DNA of 64,000 nucleotides from an uncultured Verrucomicrobiae bacterium (GCA_963837955.1 CAWIPH010000002.1:4928001-4992000); one strand, 5' to 3'; counted from the first letter of the stretch, positions 40,128 through 49,943 are shown. Numbers and translations: made by a program. The notes: a model not told the origin generated them from the letters alone.

Positions 40128-41468
40128 TCAATGCGTTAGTTCTGCAATTTCCTCGAGCAATCGTTGGTTCAAGCGGATGCCCCCCTCAAAGTTCTCTATG
40201 GGAAAATTCTCGTTCGGTGAGTGAGCGTTGGCGTCCGGCAGCATCAAGCCGAGTAAGAGCGTATTTAAGTTCAGAACGTCTTTAAAGCTTTGGGTGATCG
40301 GGATACTCCCTCCCTCCCGGATAAAAGCGACCGGTTGGCCGAAAGTCTTCCCCAAGGCTCGTTGGGCCGCTTTTCCGAATGGTGATCCAGGTTCCGCCAG
40401 ATATGGTTTCCCCTGATTTTGGAAGATGACGTCGATTGCCACTGTAGGTGGGCAATTCTGAGTGAGAAATTTGGTGATTATTCCGCGGAGTTCGGTTGGA
40501 TCTTGATCAGGAACGAGCCGGAACGAGAGCTTTGCCGTCGCCCAACTCGGCACGATCGTCTTAGGTCCTTCTCCCTGATATCCGCTACTCAGCCCGTTAA
40601 TCTCCGCCGTCGGACGAGCCCAGACTCGTTCCAAATTGCTGAAGCCTTTTTCGCCGTAAAGAGTGGGCGCGCCCGTGGTCCTGAGCCAAGCTTGATCATC
40701 GAGAGGAAGGGCTGCCCATCCTTCACGTTCCCAAGATTCGGTGGGTCTAACGCGATCGTAAAAGCCCGGCACGGCCACTCTTCCATGGTCGTCATGCAAT
40801 TTCGCCAACAATTCAACAAGAACCGTCGCCGGATTGGCAACCGAGCCGCCGAAAATCCCGGAGTGAAGGTCCATCGCGGGTCCGGTCAGCCGGACTTCCA
40901 GGCAAAGCATTCCGCGGAGGCCATAAGTAAATGTCGGGACTCCAGGGGCGACCATTCTCGTATCGGAGATTACGACAATATCGGCGGCGAGCGCGGTCAT
41001 TTGCTTCCGCAAAAAATCTTCGAGTTGCGGGCTGCCCGTTTCTTCCTCTCCTTCGACAAGGAAGACGACGTTTACCGGGAGATCACCTCTGGATTGCAAG
41101 CTCTTCTCCACGCCGATCAAATGCGCGAAGATCTGGCCTTTGTTATCGCTTGAGCCTCGGGCAAAAATGCGGCCATCACGGATCACGGGCTCAAATGGAG
41201 GAGTTTGCCAGAGTTCCAAGGGATCTGGCGGTTGAACGTCATAATGCCCGTAAATGAGAACCGTCTTTCTGCCCGGCTTGTGATCATTTCGAGCCAAAAC
41301 GACCGGATGACCGCCAGTGGGAAGTTTCTCTGCGTCGAGGCCTGACTTTTTGAAGCGCTGTAGGAGCCAGTCCGCGCACGATTCAACGTGGGGCTTAAAG
41401 TGGCTATCGGCCGAGACGGACGGAAACCGAAGGAATTCGATCAGATCATTTATATCGTAAGTTTCCAT
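40128..41468 (-). CDS. M20 family dipeptidase
   Basis: YGHYDVQP, RGSSDNKGQ, EGEEE, DLHSG, GGSIP, HSPNE. Confidence 0.95.
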   Translation of the reverse strand: METYDINDLIEFLRFPSVSADSHFKPHVESCADWLLQRFKKSGLDAEKLPTGGHPVVLARNDHKPGRKTVLIYGHYDVQPPDPLELWQTPPFEPVIRDGRIFARGSSDNKGQIFAHLIGVEKSLQSRGDLPVNVVFLVEGEEETGSPQLEDFLRKQMTALAADIVVISDTRMVAPGVPTFTYGLRGMLCLEVRLTGPAMDLHSGIFGGSVANPATVLVELLAKLHDDHGRVAVPGFYDRVRPTESWEREGWAALPLDDQAWLRTTGAPTLYGEKGFSNLERVWARPTAEINGLSSGYQGEGPKTIVPSWATAKLSFRLVPDQDPTELRGIITKFLTQNCPPTVAIDVIFQNQGKPYLAEPGSPFGKAAQRALGKTFGQPVAFIREGGSIPITQSFKDVLNLNTLLLGLMLPDANAHSPNENFPIENFEGGIRLNQRLLEEIAELTH

Positions 41469-41702
41469 TGTTCTTTTTGTTTGCTGCAGTCACCTAACTT
41501 CATGGGCGTTAGTTTCTCGGTAGCGTCGCAAGACTTCCTCGCTCCTGGTCGACTGTCTGCGCCGAGGTCTAGCTGAATAGTTTCTGATTCTTGCGGCGAT
41601 GGCCGTTTTCGGAGAGATCCAGGCGGACAGATCTGTCCGCGGACACGACACTTCGAACACGGTCGCCGACGCCGGCGGTTCCCTATTCTTCTGAACGCTA
41701 AG

Positions 41703-42083
41703 TCAGAAACGTTGGAGGAAAAAAAAGCTGGCCAAGCTAAATGTCACTAGTCCCGCAATGAAAACAAATGCCAGGGCAATCTCGGTCAACCCTGCTTTCA
41801 TTCTCTCGATCGGGAACGAATCGGGCCATTCAAAATCCTTCTTTTCCGAGGCCTCACCCAAAACGTCACGCATATCGCGCGGCGGTAAGGAGTTGCTCCC
41901 TAGTGGCGGCTTGATCTTGGCCTTATCGATTGCTCCAACAACGACCAGAGCCCGACCTGATCGGAGCGAGTTCATCTCCTGATCGGCCGGTACATCAACT
42001 AGTGGCTTCCGCGACGATCCCTTCGAAGTGGATAATTGTTTTTGAAATTCTAAGTAGTACAAGACGCTATACATAGGGTCCAT
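41703..42083 (-). CDS. Hypothetical protein with C-terminal TM helix
   Basis: MDPMYSVLYYLE start; C-terminal hydrophobic segment. Confidence 0.45.
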   Translation of the reverse strand: MDPMYSVLYYLEFQKQLSTSKGSSRKPLVDVPADQEMNSLRSGRALVVVGAIDKAKIKPPLGSNSLPPRDMRDVLGEASEKKDFEWPDSFPIERMKAGLTEIALAFVFIAGLVTFSLASFFFLQRF

Positions 42084-42341
42084 TTTGTTGCTCCTCCAAG
42101 CAATCATCTGCCTAGGTTCCGTTCTGGAATAGAGGCCAAGATTTGGAGACGGGCCTTTTATTGTGCCAGTTGTCGTATTTGTTATCCCAGTTGCCGACGG
42201 CACTGGGAAAGATGTCATCCCAAACGGCGGCTCAGTGATCGAGCATAGTCAGAATGAGATCGGCGGCGCCGTGACGTTGGGCTGTGCCTTGCTTTGTCGG
42301 GAGCAATTTGCCTTCTCTTAAAGATCACTTATTGAAGAACT

Positions 42342-43559
42342 TCAAATCTCCTCTGGAGCTGCGGCTGGCAGCCGGCTGTTTTCAGAGTTCAGGGTGAACC
42401 GGGCGATGACAAAGGCAATCACCGCGGAGATAGCGATCCCGACGACCATTGGCTTCGGCGCGCCGTCGGCGAAGACGCCAGACACGGCCATCACAGCGGC
42501 GCCCACGCCGAACTGCAACGCTCCCATTAGTGCTGAAGCCGCGCCCGCGATCGCGCCATGATTTTCAACTGACAAAACAGCCGTAGTGGGCAATACGAGG
42601 CCCAGGAACCCATAGCCGACAAACAGGAAAATCATCATGAGCGCCAGACTGTCGGCGCCCGCCACAAACAGCACGGCTAAGATGCTCATAGCAATGGCGA
42701 ACCCAGAGACGGCCACGCGAATGACGCGCGTCAGACCGTATTTAGCGGTCATGCGCGCCGTCAACTGGCTGAAGCCGAAAAAGGCTGCCGCGTTGAGAGC
42801 AAAGCACAGGCTGAACATGGTGGGCGTCAACCCATAATGGTTAGTGATTACGAATGACGCGCTCGCCAGGTAGATAAAAAAGGACGAAACCCCGAACGCG
42901 CCGACCAAAGTCAATCCAAGAAATGCGGGGTCAGTAAGGAGCTTGCGATAGGCCGCGAACACACTTGCCCATGAACTATCGGCGCGATGATGGATTTCCC
43001 GCGTTTCCCGCAACTGGGTAGCAGCAAGCAGGAAGGTGATAGCACCGGCGACGGTCAGTGCCCAGAAGACGCCTCGCCAGCCAAACCCAGCGATGATGAA
43101 GCTTCCAGTGAGAGGCGCCAGGAGCGGGGAAATACTCACAACGAGCATCAGAAGCGACATGAGTCGGGTTGCATCATGGCCGGTGTATAGGTCGCGTGCG
43201 ATCGCGCGAGGAACCACCATACCGGCACACGCGCCCAACGCCTGCAGCACTCGAAAGCCGATCAGCACGTTGACATTCGGTGCCAAAGCGCACCCCACGC
43301 TGCCGACGGTGAATATCGCGAGACCGACATAAATCGGCACCTTGCGCCCGAATATGTCCGAGAGTGGCCCGTAAATGAGCTGGCAGACGCCGAGCGCTAT
43401 AAAAAACACCATGAGGCTCATCTGCACCGCAGCGGGGGTGGCGTGGAGCGCGCCCCCAATCGAGGGCAACGCCGGCAGATACATGTCGATGGCAAATGGA
43501 CCAACGGCGGTGATGAGGCCCAGCACAATGGCAAGGTGAAGAAAGCGTCCTATTTTCAA
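42342..43559 (-). CDS. Bcr/CflA MFS multidrug efflux transporter
   Basis: AIDMYLPALP, GPLSDIFGRK, RAIARD, 12 TM pattern. Confidence 0.93.
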   Translation of the reverse strand: MKIGRFLHLAIVLGLITAVGPFAIDMYLPALPSIGGALHATPAAVQMSLMVFFIALGVCQLIYGPLSDIFGRKVPIYVGLAIFTVGSVGCALAPNVNVLIGFRVLQALGACAGMVVPRAIARDLYTGHDATRLMSLLMLVVSISPLLAPLTGSFIIAGFGWRGVFWALTVAGAITFLLAATQLRETREIHHRADSSWASVFAAYRKLLTDPAFLGLTLVGAFGVSSFFIYLASASFVITNHYGLTPTMFSLCFALNAAAFFGFSQLTARMTAKYGLTRVIRVAVSGFAIAMSILAVLFVAGADSLALMMIFLFVGYGFLGLVLPTTAVLSVENHGAIAGAASALMGALQFGVGAAVMAVSGVFADGAPKPMVVGIAISAVIAFVIARFTLNSENSRLPAAAPEEI

Positions 43560-43624
43560 AATACTAAGTAATCCCTATCGAATGCCGCACTATTCGGACC
43601 AAACTCCTGAAATAAAATGATGGG

Positions 43625-43900
43625 TCAGCTAACCCGGATGACGACTTTGCCAACCTGTTCGTTCGATTCCAGATATTCGTAAGCGTTGGCGGCATCGGCG
43701 AGGGGAAAGGTCTTGGCGATCCGGAGACGAAGCGACCGTCGCCGAGGCGTCGAAGACGTAGGAGTGGGCTCCGGGCGAGAGTTCGGGGTTCATCAAGACA
43801 TCGCAGGCTCAGCCAATAACCTGCTTTATCGCCGAGAGGTGCGAGGCAAACGGCGCCGGTTGCCCGGAGAGCAATCCGTATTCGATGGTGATTCGATGAT
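43625..43900 (-). pseudogene. Decayed MDR (zinc-independent quinone oxidoreductase-like) gene
   Basis: Fragments IEYGLLSGQPAPF and RIAKTFPLADAANAYEYLESNEQVGKVVIRVS*. Confidence 0.7.
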
Positions 43901-43983
43901 TTACCACAGTGCTGAGGAATCTATTCAAGCCTGAGAGGCATTAGAGCCCAATAAAGGCAAGATAAGGCAATTTTTGTCTGAAT

Positions 43984-44133
43984 TGCCGTAATCGTTGACT
44001 CAATCACATCGGTTCGGCCAATCAATCGAGGCATAACCTGATCAAGTCAGTACCTTCTTTGTCAATGTTACGAAGAGCCATTTGGCCAGCACGCCGCAAT
44101 GCCTCCGATATGATTGAGTCAACGATTACGGCA
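43984..44133. repeat. 29-bp inverted repeat with 92-bp spacer
   Basis: tgccgtaatcgttgactcaatcacatcgg (43984-44012) vs ccgatatgattgagtcaacgattacggca (44105-44133): 28/29 complementary. Confidence 0.9.
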
Positions 44134-44258
44134 GCCGGAACAAAAAACGGCGGCTGTTCAAAGTACTGAGTTCTAGTAGCTCCCAAACTAAATAGATGCA
44201 GCCGGGCCATCCGGTCAACGCCGCTAGAATTACAACGGGAGTACTATCTATGAAACTG
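44129..44258 (+). repeat. Leader family 2, copy B (upstream of glycosyltransferase)
   Basis: cggcagccggaacaaaa..gtactgagttctagtagctcc..agaattacaacgggagtactatctATGAAACTG. Confidence 0.9.
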
Positions 44259-45497
44259 GGATTTATCTGTCCTAACGCAGCAGGCCACCTCAACCCGATA
44301 ACTGCACTGGCGCGTCAACTTCAGGCACGCAACCATGACGTTGTCTTCCTTTATTCGTCGGGTGCTGCCGGCCTACCGTTTGTGCCTGGTCCCGAGAAGG
44401 ATCACATTGAAGAAACCATAGCCGAAGTGAGCAAGCTGCAGGGAGAGGAAGCTTTTAAATTCGGCATTTCTTGGCTAACGAAACAGACGGAAAGGATATT
44501 GAAATCATTGCCGGCAATTGTCCAAGCAAACCGGGTCGATGCGCTGGTAGTCGATACCGCTCAATTCTATGTTGAATTGGGTGCGATGCAGTTAGGCCTG
44601 CCGTACATCCACGTGTCAGCTGCCATGCACCACGACTACACTGGTTATACTCCCCTTTCCCATAATGGTTGGCCTCACCAGACTACCACTGCAGCTCTGG
44701 CCAGAAACCGGGAGGCTGTCGTGAAGTTTGTTAAACTGCTAGAGACGGTCAACGCAGGCGTCAGGGCATATGCGGAGCGCGCTGGACTAGAAATCGACTG
44801 GGAAGATCCCGGTTCCACTCTTTCCCCGTTAGCATCGATCACCCAGGTTCCCAGAGCCTTCGACTTTGAAAGTTCTCATTGGCCCTCGCAGTTCCATCAC
44901 ACCGGTCCATTCCATGATGGCAAGGGCCGCGAGCAAGTGGATTTCCCCTGGGAGCGATTAACTGGGGAACCGCTGATCTACGCTTCAATGGGGACGGTAA
45001 TGAATGGCCGGGTGGATGTCTTTCGCACGATAGTAGCTGCCCTGACGAAGCATAAAGATTTGCAACTAGTGCTTTCCGTGGGCGGTCAGGTCGATTCGGA
45101 GCAGATCGGACCGGTTCCCAAGAACGCAATCATCGTAAAGCAGGCGCCACAATTGGATTTGCTGAAGCGAACGTCGGTCTGTATAACCCATGCGGGATTG
45201 AACACAGTGTTGGAGTCTCTGACTCAAGGTGTGCCGCAAATAGCCATTCCGGTAGGCCTGGATCAACCCGGCGTAGCCGCCAGAATCGCCGACAAGAAAA
45301 CGGGCGTAGTCATCTCGTTAGACAAGTTAACCGCCGAGCATCTCTCAACCTTGTTAGATGAGGTGCTAACCGACTCCACCTATCGGGATAATGCAGGTAA
45401 GTTGCAGAAGGCCATCGCTAAAGCCAACGGACTCTCTGTCGCCGCTGATCTCATAGAAGAATCCCTGGGGGTGACTGCGACGGTCGCCAAAGTGTAA
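44250..45497 (+). CDS. MGT-family (GT1, UDP-dependent) glycosyltransferase
   Basis: GHLNP N-terminus, IYASMGT, APQLDLL...ITHAGLNTVLESL..GVPQIAIP...DQPG. Confidence 0.93.
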   Translation: MKLGFICPNAAGHLNPITALARQLQARNHDVVFLYSSGAAGLPFVPGPEKDHIEETIAEVSKLQGEEAFKFGISWLTKQTERILKSLPAIVQANRVDALVVDTAQFYVELGAMQLGLPYIHVSAAMHHDYTGYTPLSHNGWPHQTTTAALARNREAVVKFVKLLETVNAGVRAYAERAGLEIDWEDPGSTLSPLASITQVPRAFDFESSHWPSQFHHTGPFHDGKGREQVDFPWERLTGEPLIYASMGTVMNGRVDVFRTIVAALTKHKDLQLVLSVGGQVDSEQIGPVPKNAIIVKQAPQLDLLKRTSVCITHAGLNTVLESLTQGVPQIAIPVGLDQPGVAARIADKKTGVVISLDKLTAEHLSTLLDEVLTDSTYRDNAGKLQKAIAKANGLSVAADLIEESLGVTATVAKV

Positions 45498-45691
45498 GGA
45501 GGGCGCGAGCACACCTACTCCAGCTTTATCCATGCAATTTGTCGCAACCAAAACTAACGCCGCCACCATTACTGCGGCTGCCCTTCGCTCGTTCGATAGT
45601 ACACCCGACCCACGTACTAAGGAGCTTTTGCAGTCGGGCAAGAAGTGTGAAGTTCGTACTTTGGACTCAAAGCATTAGAAGATTCACATTT

Positions 45692-46825
45692 ATGTCGGAT
45701 GGCTTTACCCGGCGAGATCTGTTAAAAGGTTCGGGATTTATTCTCGGGGCCGGGGTACTCGCGCTGGAACGTCTCTTCGCGGATGTCTCTAAACTCACGC
45801 CATCATCGAAGGCGGAGCCAGTCGTAAGACTTTCTCTGAACGAGAATCCATACGGTCCATCGCCAAATGTCGCGCGTGCCCTCCAACTGGAGTTCGGCCG
45901 ATTAAGCCGCTATGCAGATGAACCTCTGACTCGTCATCTCGCCGAGCAGATTGCCGAACATGAACATATTCCAGTGGAGCAGGTAGTGCTTGGGGAGATC
46001 CTTGACCTGCTGGGATTATTTCTCGGCAGCTCAGGCGGTCCGGGCGGCGAGTTCCTGTACTCTACTCCCGGTTATCTTGCGCTTGTCGATGCTGCAGCGC
46101 ACGTGGGTGGCATCGGCGTTCCAGTCCCCTTAAATGCGCAATACCAGAATGACCTGATAGCGCTGAAATCAAAGGTGAATGCTAAGACGCGCGCCATCTA
46201 TCTAATAAATCCCCATAATCCTACTGGAACGACTAACGATGATGAGGCGTTTAAGAGCTTCCTTCGCGAAAGCTCACAGAGCGCAGTGGTAGTCGTGGAT
46301 GAAGCGTATCTTGAATACACGTCTGATTTCACGACACGATCCGCGGTTTCGCTTGTGCACGAAGGAGCCAACGTTGTTGTTTTCCGTACCTTTGACAAGA
46401 TACATGGGCTTGCCGGCATGCCTATTGGTTACGTGTTGGCTCCACGCTCGCTCGCCGAAGCGCTGCGCAAGCTAGGCGCGGGTGATGCCGAAGGCCTAGG
46501 CCGTCTGAATCTGGTCGCGGCTTCCGTCGCACTTGCCGACACGACGCAGGTGGAGCATACCCGCAGAGCTATTGCCAACGAACGAGAGCTTTGGCTCTCT
46601 GTGTTACGCGACCTCAATCTGCCACATACAGATACGCGTACGAACTTCGTGTTTTTCGATTCGGGACGGCCACAACCTGCATTGGCAGCCGCGATGCGTG
46701 AGCGAGGTATAGATATTGGACGCGCGCACGCTCCGTACGCCAATTGGGCTCGTATTACGATCGGTTTACCGTCGGAAAATCTTCGTGCTCAAAATGCCCT
46801 CCGGGCCAGTCTTACGGGAAGCTAG
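45692..46825 (+). CDS. Tat-exported class I/II PLP aminotransferase (HisC-like fold)
   Basis: TRRDLLKG signal; LSLNENPYGPSP, NPHNPTG, VVDEAY, RTFDKIHGLAG. Confidence 0.88.
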   Translation: MSDGFTRRDLLKGSGFILGAGVLALERLFADVSKLTPSSKAEPVVRLSLNENPYGPSPNVARALQLEFGRLSRYADEPLTRHLAEQIAEHEHIPVEQVVLGEILDLLGLFLGSSGGPGGEFLYSTPGYLALVDAAAHVGGIGVPVPLNAQYQNDLIALKSKVNAKTRAIYLINPHNPTGTTNDDEAFKSFLRESSQSAVVVVDEAYLEYTSDFTTRSAVSLVHEGANVVVFRTFDKIHGLAGMPIGYVLAPRSLAEALRKLGAGDAEGLGRLNLVAASVALADTTQVEHTRRAIANERELWLSVLRDLNLPHTDTRTNFVFFDSGRPQPALAAAMRERGIDIGRAHAPYANWARITIGLPSENLRAQNALRASLTGS

Positions 46826-46995
46826 AAATCAGTCTCGAGGTAGACAGGATCAGATCTTAAAATATGCGACGACTGAGACAAGTATAGTGAGGATGGGGTA
46901 AGTTTTCCTCATACTCTTTTAATGCGAGAGCTATCACGTGCTCGCGGTTAAAATTGTTACGCCCCGACCTATTTCGATGGCTCGAACAAGGTTTG

Positions 46996-47126
46996 CGGCA
47001 GCCGGAACAAAAGAAGGCGGGTATTCGAAGTACTGAGTTCTAGTAGCTCCTAACTAAAAAGATGCAGGCGGCCATCCGGTCACCGGCGCTGCCAGAATTA
47101 CAACGGGAGTACTATTTATGAAATTG
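46996..47126 (+). repeat. Leader family 2, copy C (upstream of NTF2-like gene)
   Basis: cggcagccggaacaaaa..gtactgagttctagtagctcc..agaattacaacgggagtactatttATGAAATTG. Confidence 0.9.
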
Positions 47127-47540
47127 AGCTCGGAATTGAAATCAGCAGACCTGGAAGGAGAAGATCTAAGCAGAGAGATCCTCGCCTGCGAGAACAAAGT
47201 GTACGAGACCTTCCTCGGACCCCAACCCGACGTAGAAGCCTGGCAAAAGCTGACATTGTCAGACTACGTTTACATTAACCACAGGGGTGTCATCTGGAAC
47301 AGAGAGGAAAACGCTATTTCCCTAAAGAGCGGTGTCGTTTTTTCGTCTATTGAAATCAAAAATTCGCAGGTCAGGAAGCTTTCATCGACCTCAGCCCTGA
47401 TCATCGCCCGGGTTCTCATCGAAGCCGCAGCTGGCGGAAATGATCTCTCCACCGAAACACTAACCGCCACCGTCTGGGTCAAAAAGGATGGCAAATGGTT
47501 GGCTCAACTGCATACCTCAGTCAAGGTGGCACAAGACTAA
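47118..47540 (+). CDS. DUF4440/NTF2-like protein
   Basis: DYVYINHRG...R.E, T.VWVKKDGKW...LH. Confidence 0.8.
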   Translation: MKLSSELKSADLEGEDLSREILACENKVYETFLGPQPDVEAWQKLTLSDYVYINHRGVIWNREENAISLKSGVVFSSIEIKNSQVRKLSSTSALIIARVLIEAAAGGNDLSTETLTATVWVKKDGKWLAQLHTSVKVAQD

Positions 47541-47771
47541 ATCGATGTGAGATGGCTCACGGATGAAGATGGCGGCGCAACGACAGCGCTTGCCATACCC
47601 AGCCGTCTTCGGTGAAGACGCGCGACACATACCCCTGGCAGCAGGAATCTTTTAATTGGCGGGGGGCGCTAGACACGTTCGTTCTCTGCTGGCGTCCACA
47701 GGGCTCGCGCTCCTCTCTCACTGCAGCTGCGCTCCGCACGCCTCTTCGATGGCTCGCTTTGGAGCGCCCGA

Positions 47772-48803
47772 TCAAGCCGGTGCCGGATTGCGCTCGGTAA
47801 AGCCGCGCTGGTGAAAATAAGGATAAATCAGCGGCCTGGCACTAGCGGTATCCAGTCTAGCGATTTGTTCGGGTGCCAAATTCCAACCCACCGCACCCAG
47901 GTTCTGGCGTAGCTGTTGCTCGTCCCGCGCCCCAATGACGATGTTAGCCACGGTCGGTCTCTGGAGCAACCAGTTGAGGGCGATCTGCGGTACGGTCTTG
48001 CCGGTCTCCGCAGCAATTTTGTCGAGGGCATCCACCACGCGATAGAGATACTCGTCATCGGCTGGCGGAGCCATGTCAGCCACTGCTTGATTCCGGAGAC
48101 GGCTGACCTCCGGTAGGGGTTGGCCGCGTCGGATTTTTCCGGTGAGCCGAGCCCAACCGAGCGGACTCCAAACTACCGCACCGACCTTTTGATCCAGGCC
48201 CAGCGGCATCAACTCCCATTCGTACTCTCGTCCGATCAACGAGTAATATGCTTGATGCGCAACGTACCGTGCCAGTCCATATTTTTCTGAGACAGCGAGC
48301 GATTTCATCAAGTGCCAGCCGGAGAAATTGGAACAGCCGATGTAGCGAATCTTACCAGCCCGCACTAAATCGTCGAGGACACTCAGCGTTTCCTCGACTG
48401 GAGTCATCGCATCGAAGCCATGCAATTGGAAAAGGTCAATGTAGTCGGTGCCGAGACGGCGCAGGCTACCTTCCACCGACCGGATGAGATGGTACCGTGA
48501 CGAACCGACCTCGTTTGGTCCATCGCCCCAACGGAAGGTCGCCTTGGTTGAAATAATCACCTGATCCCGCCGCCCGGCAATCGCCTTGCCCAGAATTTCT
48601 TCGGCTGCACCGGCCGAGTAAACGTCCGCACTATCGAACATGTTGAGCCCGTTCTCCAGGCAGATATCGATCAGGTGGGTGGCATGTTTCACGTCGCTAG
48701 CACCCCAGGCGCGAAAAAAATCGTTTCCAGCGCCAAATGTCCCTGTGCCAAGACTCAGGACCGGCACTTTAAATCCCGAACCGCCCAATTGTCTGAATTC
48801 CAT
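47772..48803 (-). CDS. Aldo/keto reductase
   Basis: FDSADVYS.G, STK, SLRRLGTDYIDLFQLH, GKIRYIGCSN, WSPLG. Confidence 0.95.
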   Translation of the reverse strand: MEFRQLGGSGFKVPVLSLGTGTFGAGNDFFRAWGASDVKHATHLIDICLENGLNMFDSADVYSAGAAEEILGKAIAGRRDQVIISTKATFRWGDGPNEVGSSRYHLIRSVEGSLRRLGTDYIDLFQLHGFDAMTPVEETLSVLDDLVRAGKIRYIGCSNFSGWHLMKSLAVSEKYGLARYVAHQAYYSLIGREYEWELMPLGLDQKVGAVVWSPLGWARLTGKIRRGQPLPEVSRLRNQAVADMAPPADDEYLYRVVDALDKIAAETGKTVPQIALNWLLQRPTVANIVIGARDEQQLRQNLGAVGWNLAPEQIARLDTASARPLIYPYFHQRGFTERNPAPA

Positions 48804-49181
48804 GCGTATTGATTCCATTTAAAGTTGGATGCGCCAAGCGGAACGAGGTTCCATTGTTCGCTGTCGATCGAACCATAGTGGCGGTGGTTGGAGCGTCAAT
48901 GGGTTTATCAACACGATCTTCCGTTTCTTCCCGTCTGAGGGATTCTTTTTTTGCGGTGCGGGACAATTCACTAACTTGTCTTCAGCTCCTGCGAAGAGCT
49001 CCCAATGCCGCTGAATCTCGGCAGTTAAGACAATGATTACGGCCGGTGGGACAAGAAAAGACCTGTTTTTCAAATCCTGAGTGAATATCGAGAAATCTCC
49101 GTCAACGCGGCACGATTCGCCTAAGCGAGAACGGCAAGAAGAATCCCCGGATTGTGCGGCAGAACTAAGGGGCAGCTTACT

Positions 49182-49943
49182 ATGAGATCATCGTTTGCGG
49201 GAAAAGTTGCATTGATCACTGGCGGAACCTCAGGGATCGGGAGGGCCACCGCCGTCGCCTTTGCTGAACAAGGCGCAAGCGTCGTTGTTGCTGGTCGCCG
49301 CGAGGCCGAGGGAGCGGAGTCGGTCGCACTCATTGAGAAGGCTGGCGGCAACGGATTATTTGTCCGGACGGACGTGATTAGCGAGGGACAGATTGCAAGG
49401 TTAGTGGCTCGGACGGTCGAACATTTCGGCCAGCTTGATTTCGCCTTCAACAACGCAGGGATTGGCGGAGAGGCCGGCTCGGGCGTGGGGATCGCGAACA
49501 CCGGCGAGATCTTTGACCGCTTCATGAACACCAACGTTCGCAGTGTCTTTTTCGGCATGAAACATCAGATCCCTGCGCTTCTCCGATCCGGCGGCGGGGC
49601 AATCGTTAATAATGCTTCTGTAGCTGCCCTGAGGCCGGTCGCCGACGCCCCGATTTACAGCGCGAGCAAGCTCGCAGTGGTCGGCCTCACAAAATCAGTG
49701 GCACTCGAGTTCGCTGCCAAAGGCATACGCGTAAATGCCGTCTGTCCGGCACTCATCGAAACGGATATGACCGAGCGATTCCGCCACAATGATCAGACTC
49801 ACAGTCGTGTGCTGGCGATGCACCCAATCGGTCGCTTTGGTTATCCGGAAGAGGTAGCGGCAGCGGTCCTTTATCTCTGCTCGCCGCAGGCCGCATTTAT
49901 CACCGGAGTCGCATTGCCGCTGGACGGAGGTCTGGCCGCGTAA
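49182..49943 (+). CDS. SDR oxidoreductase
   Basis: TGGTSGIG, FNNAG, YSASK, LPLDGG. Confidence 0.95.
   Translation: MRSSFAGKVALITGGTSGIGRATAVAFAEQGASVVVAGRREAEGAESVALIEKAGGNGLFVRTDVISEGQIARLVARTVEHFGQLDFAFNNAGIGGEAGSGVGIANTGEIFDRFMNTNVRSVFFGMKHQIPALLRSGGGAIVNNASVAALRPVADAPIYSASKLAVVGLTKSVALEFAAKGIRVNAVCPALIETDMTERFRHNDQTHSRVLAMHPIGRFGYPEEVAAAVLYLCSPQAAFITGVALPLDGGLAA

Noticed and set aside
41623..41640. Perfect palindrome gcggacagatctgtccgc
   Set aside because: Single isolated GC-rich palindrome, probably a REP remnant; no function can be assigned
44137..44168. ECF sigma promoter (GGAAC -35) in leader family 2
   Set aside because: Not excluded, but spacing to a plausible -10 is atypical and the mirror half-site at 43971-43988 has CAGAC rather than GGAAC
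44163..44192. preQ1-I riboswitch resemblance (GTTCTAG...AAACTAA) in leader family 2
   Set aside because: Stem too short, ligand-binding loop and A-tract missing, CTAA absent in copy A, downstream genes unrelated to queuosine
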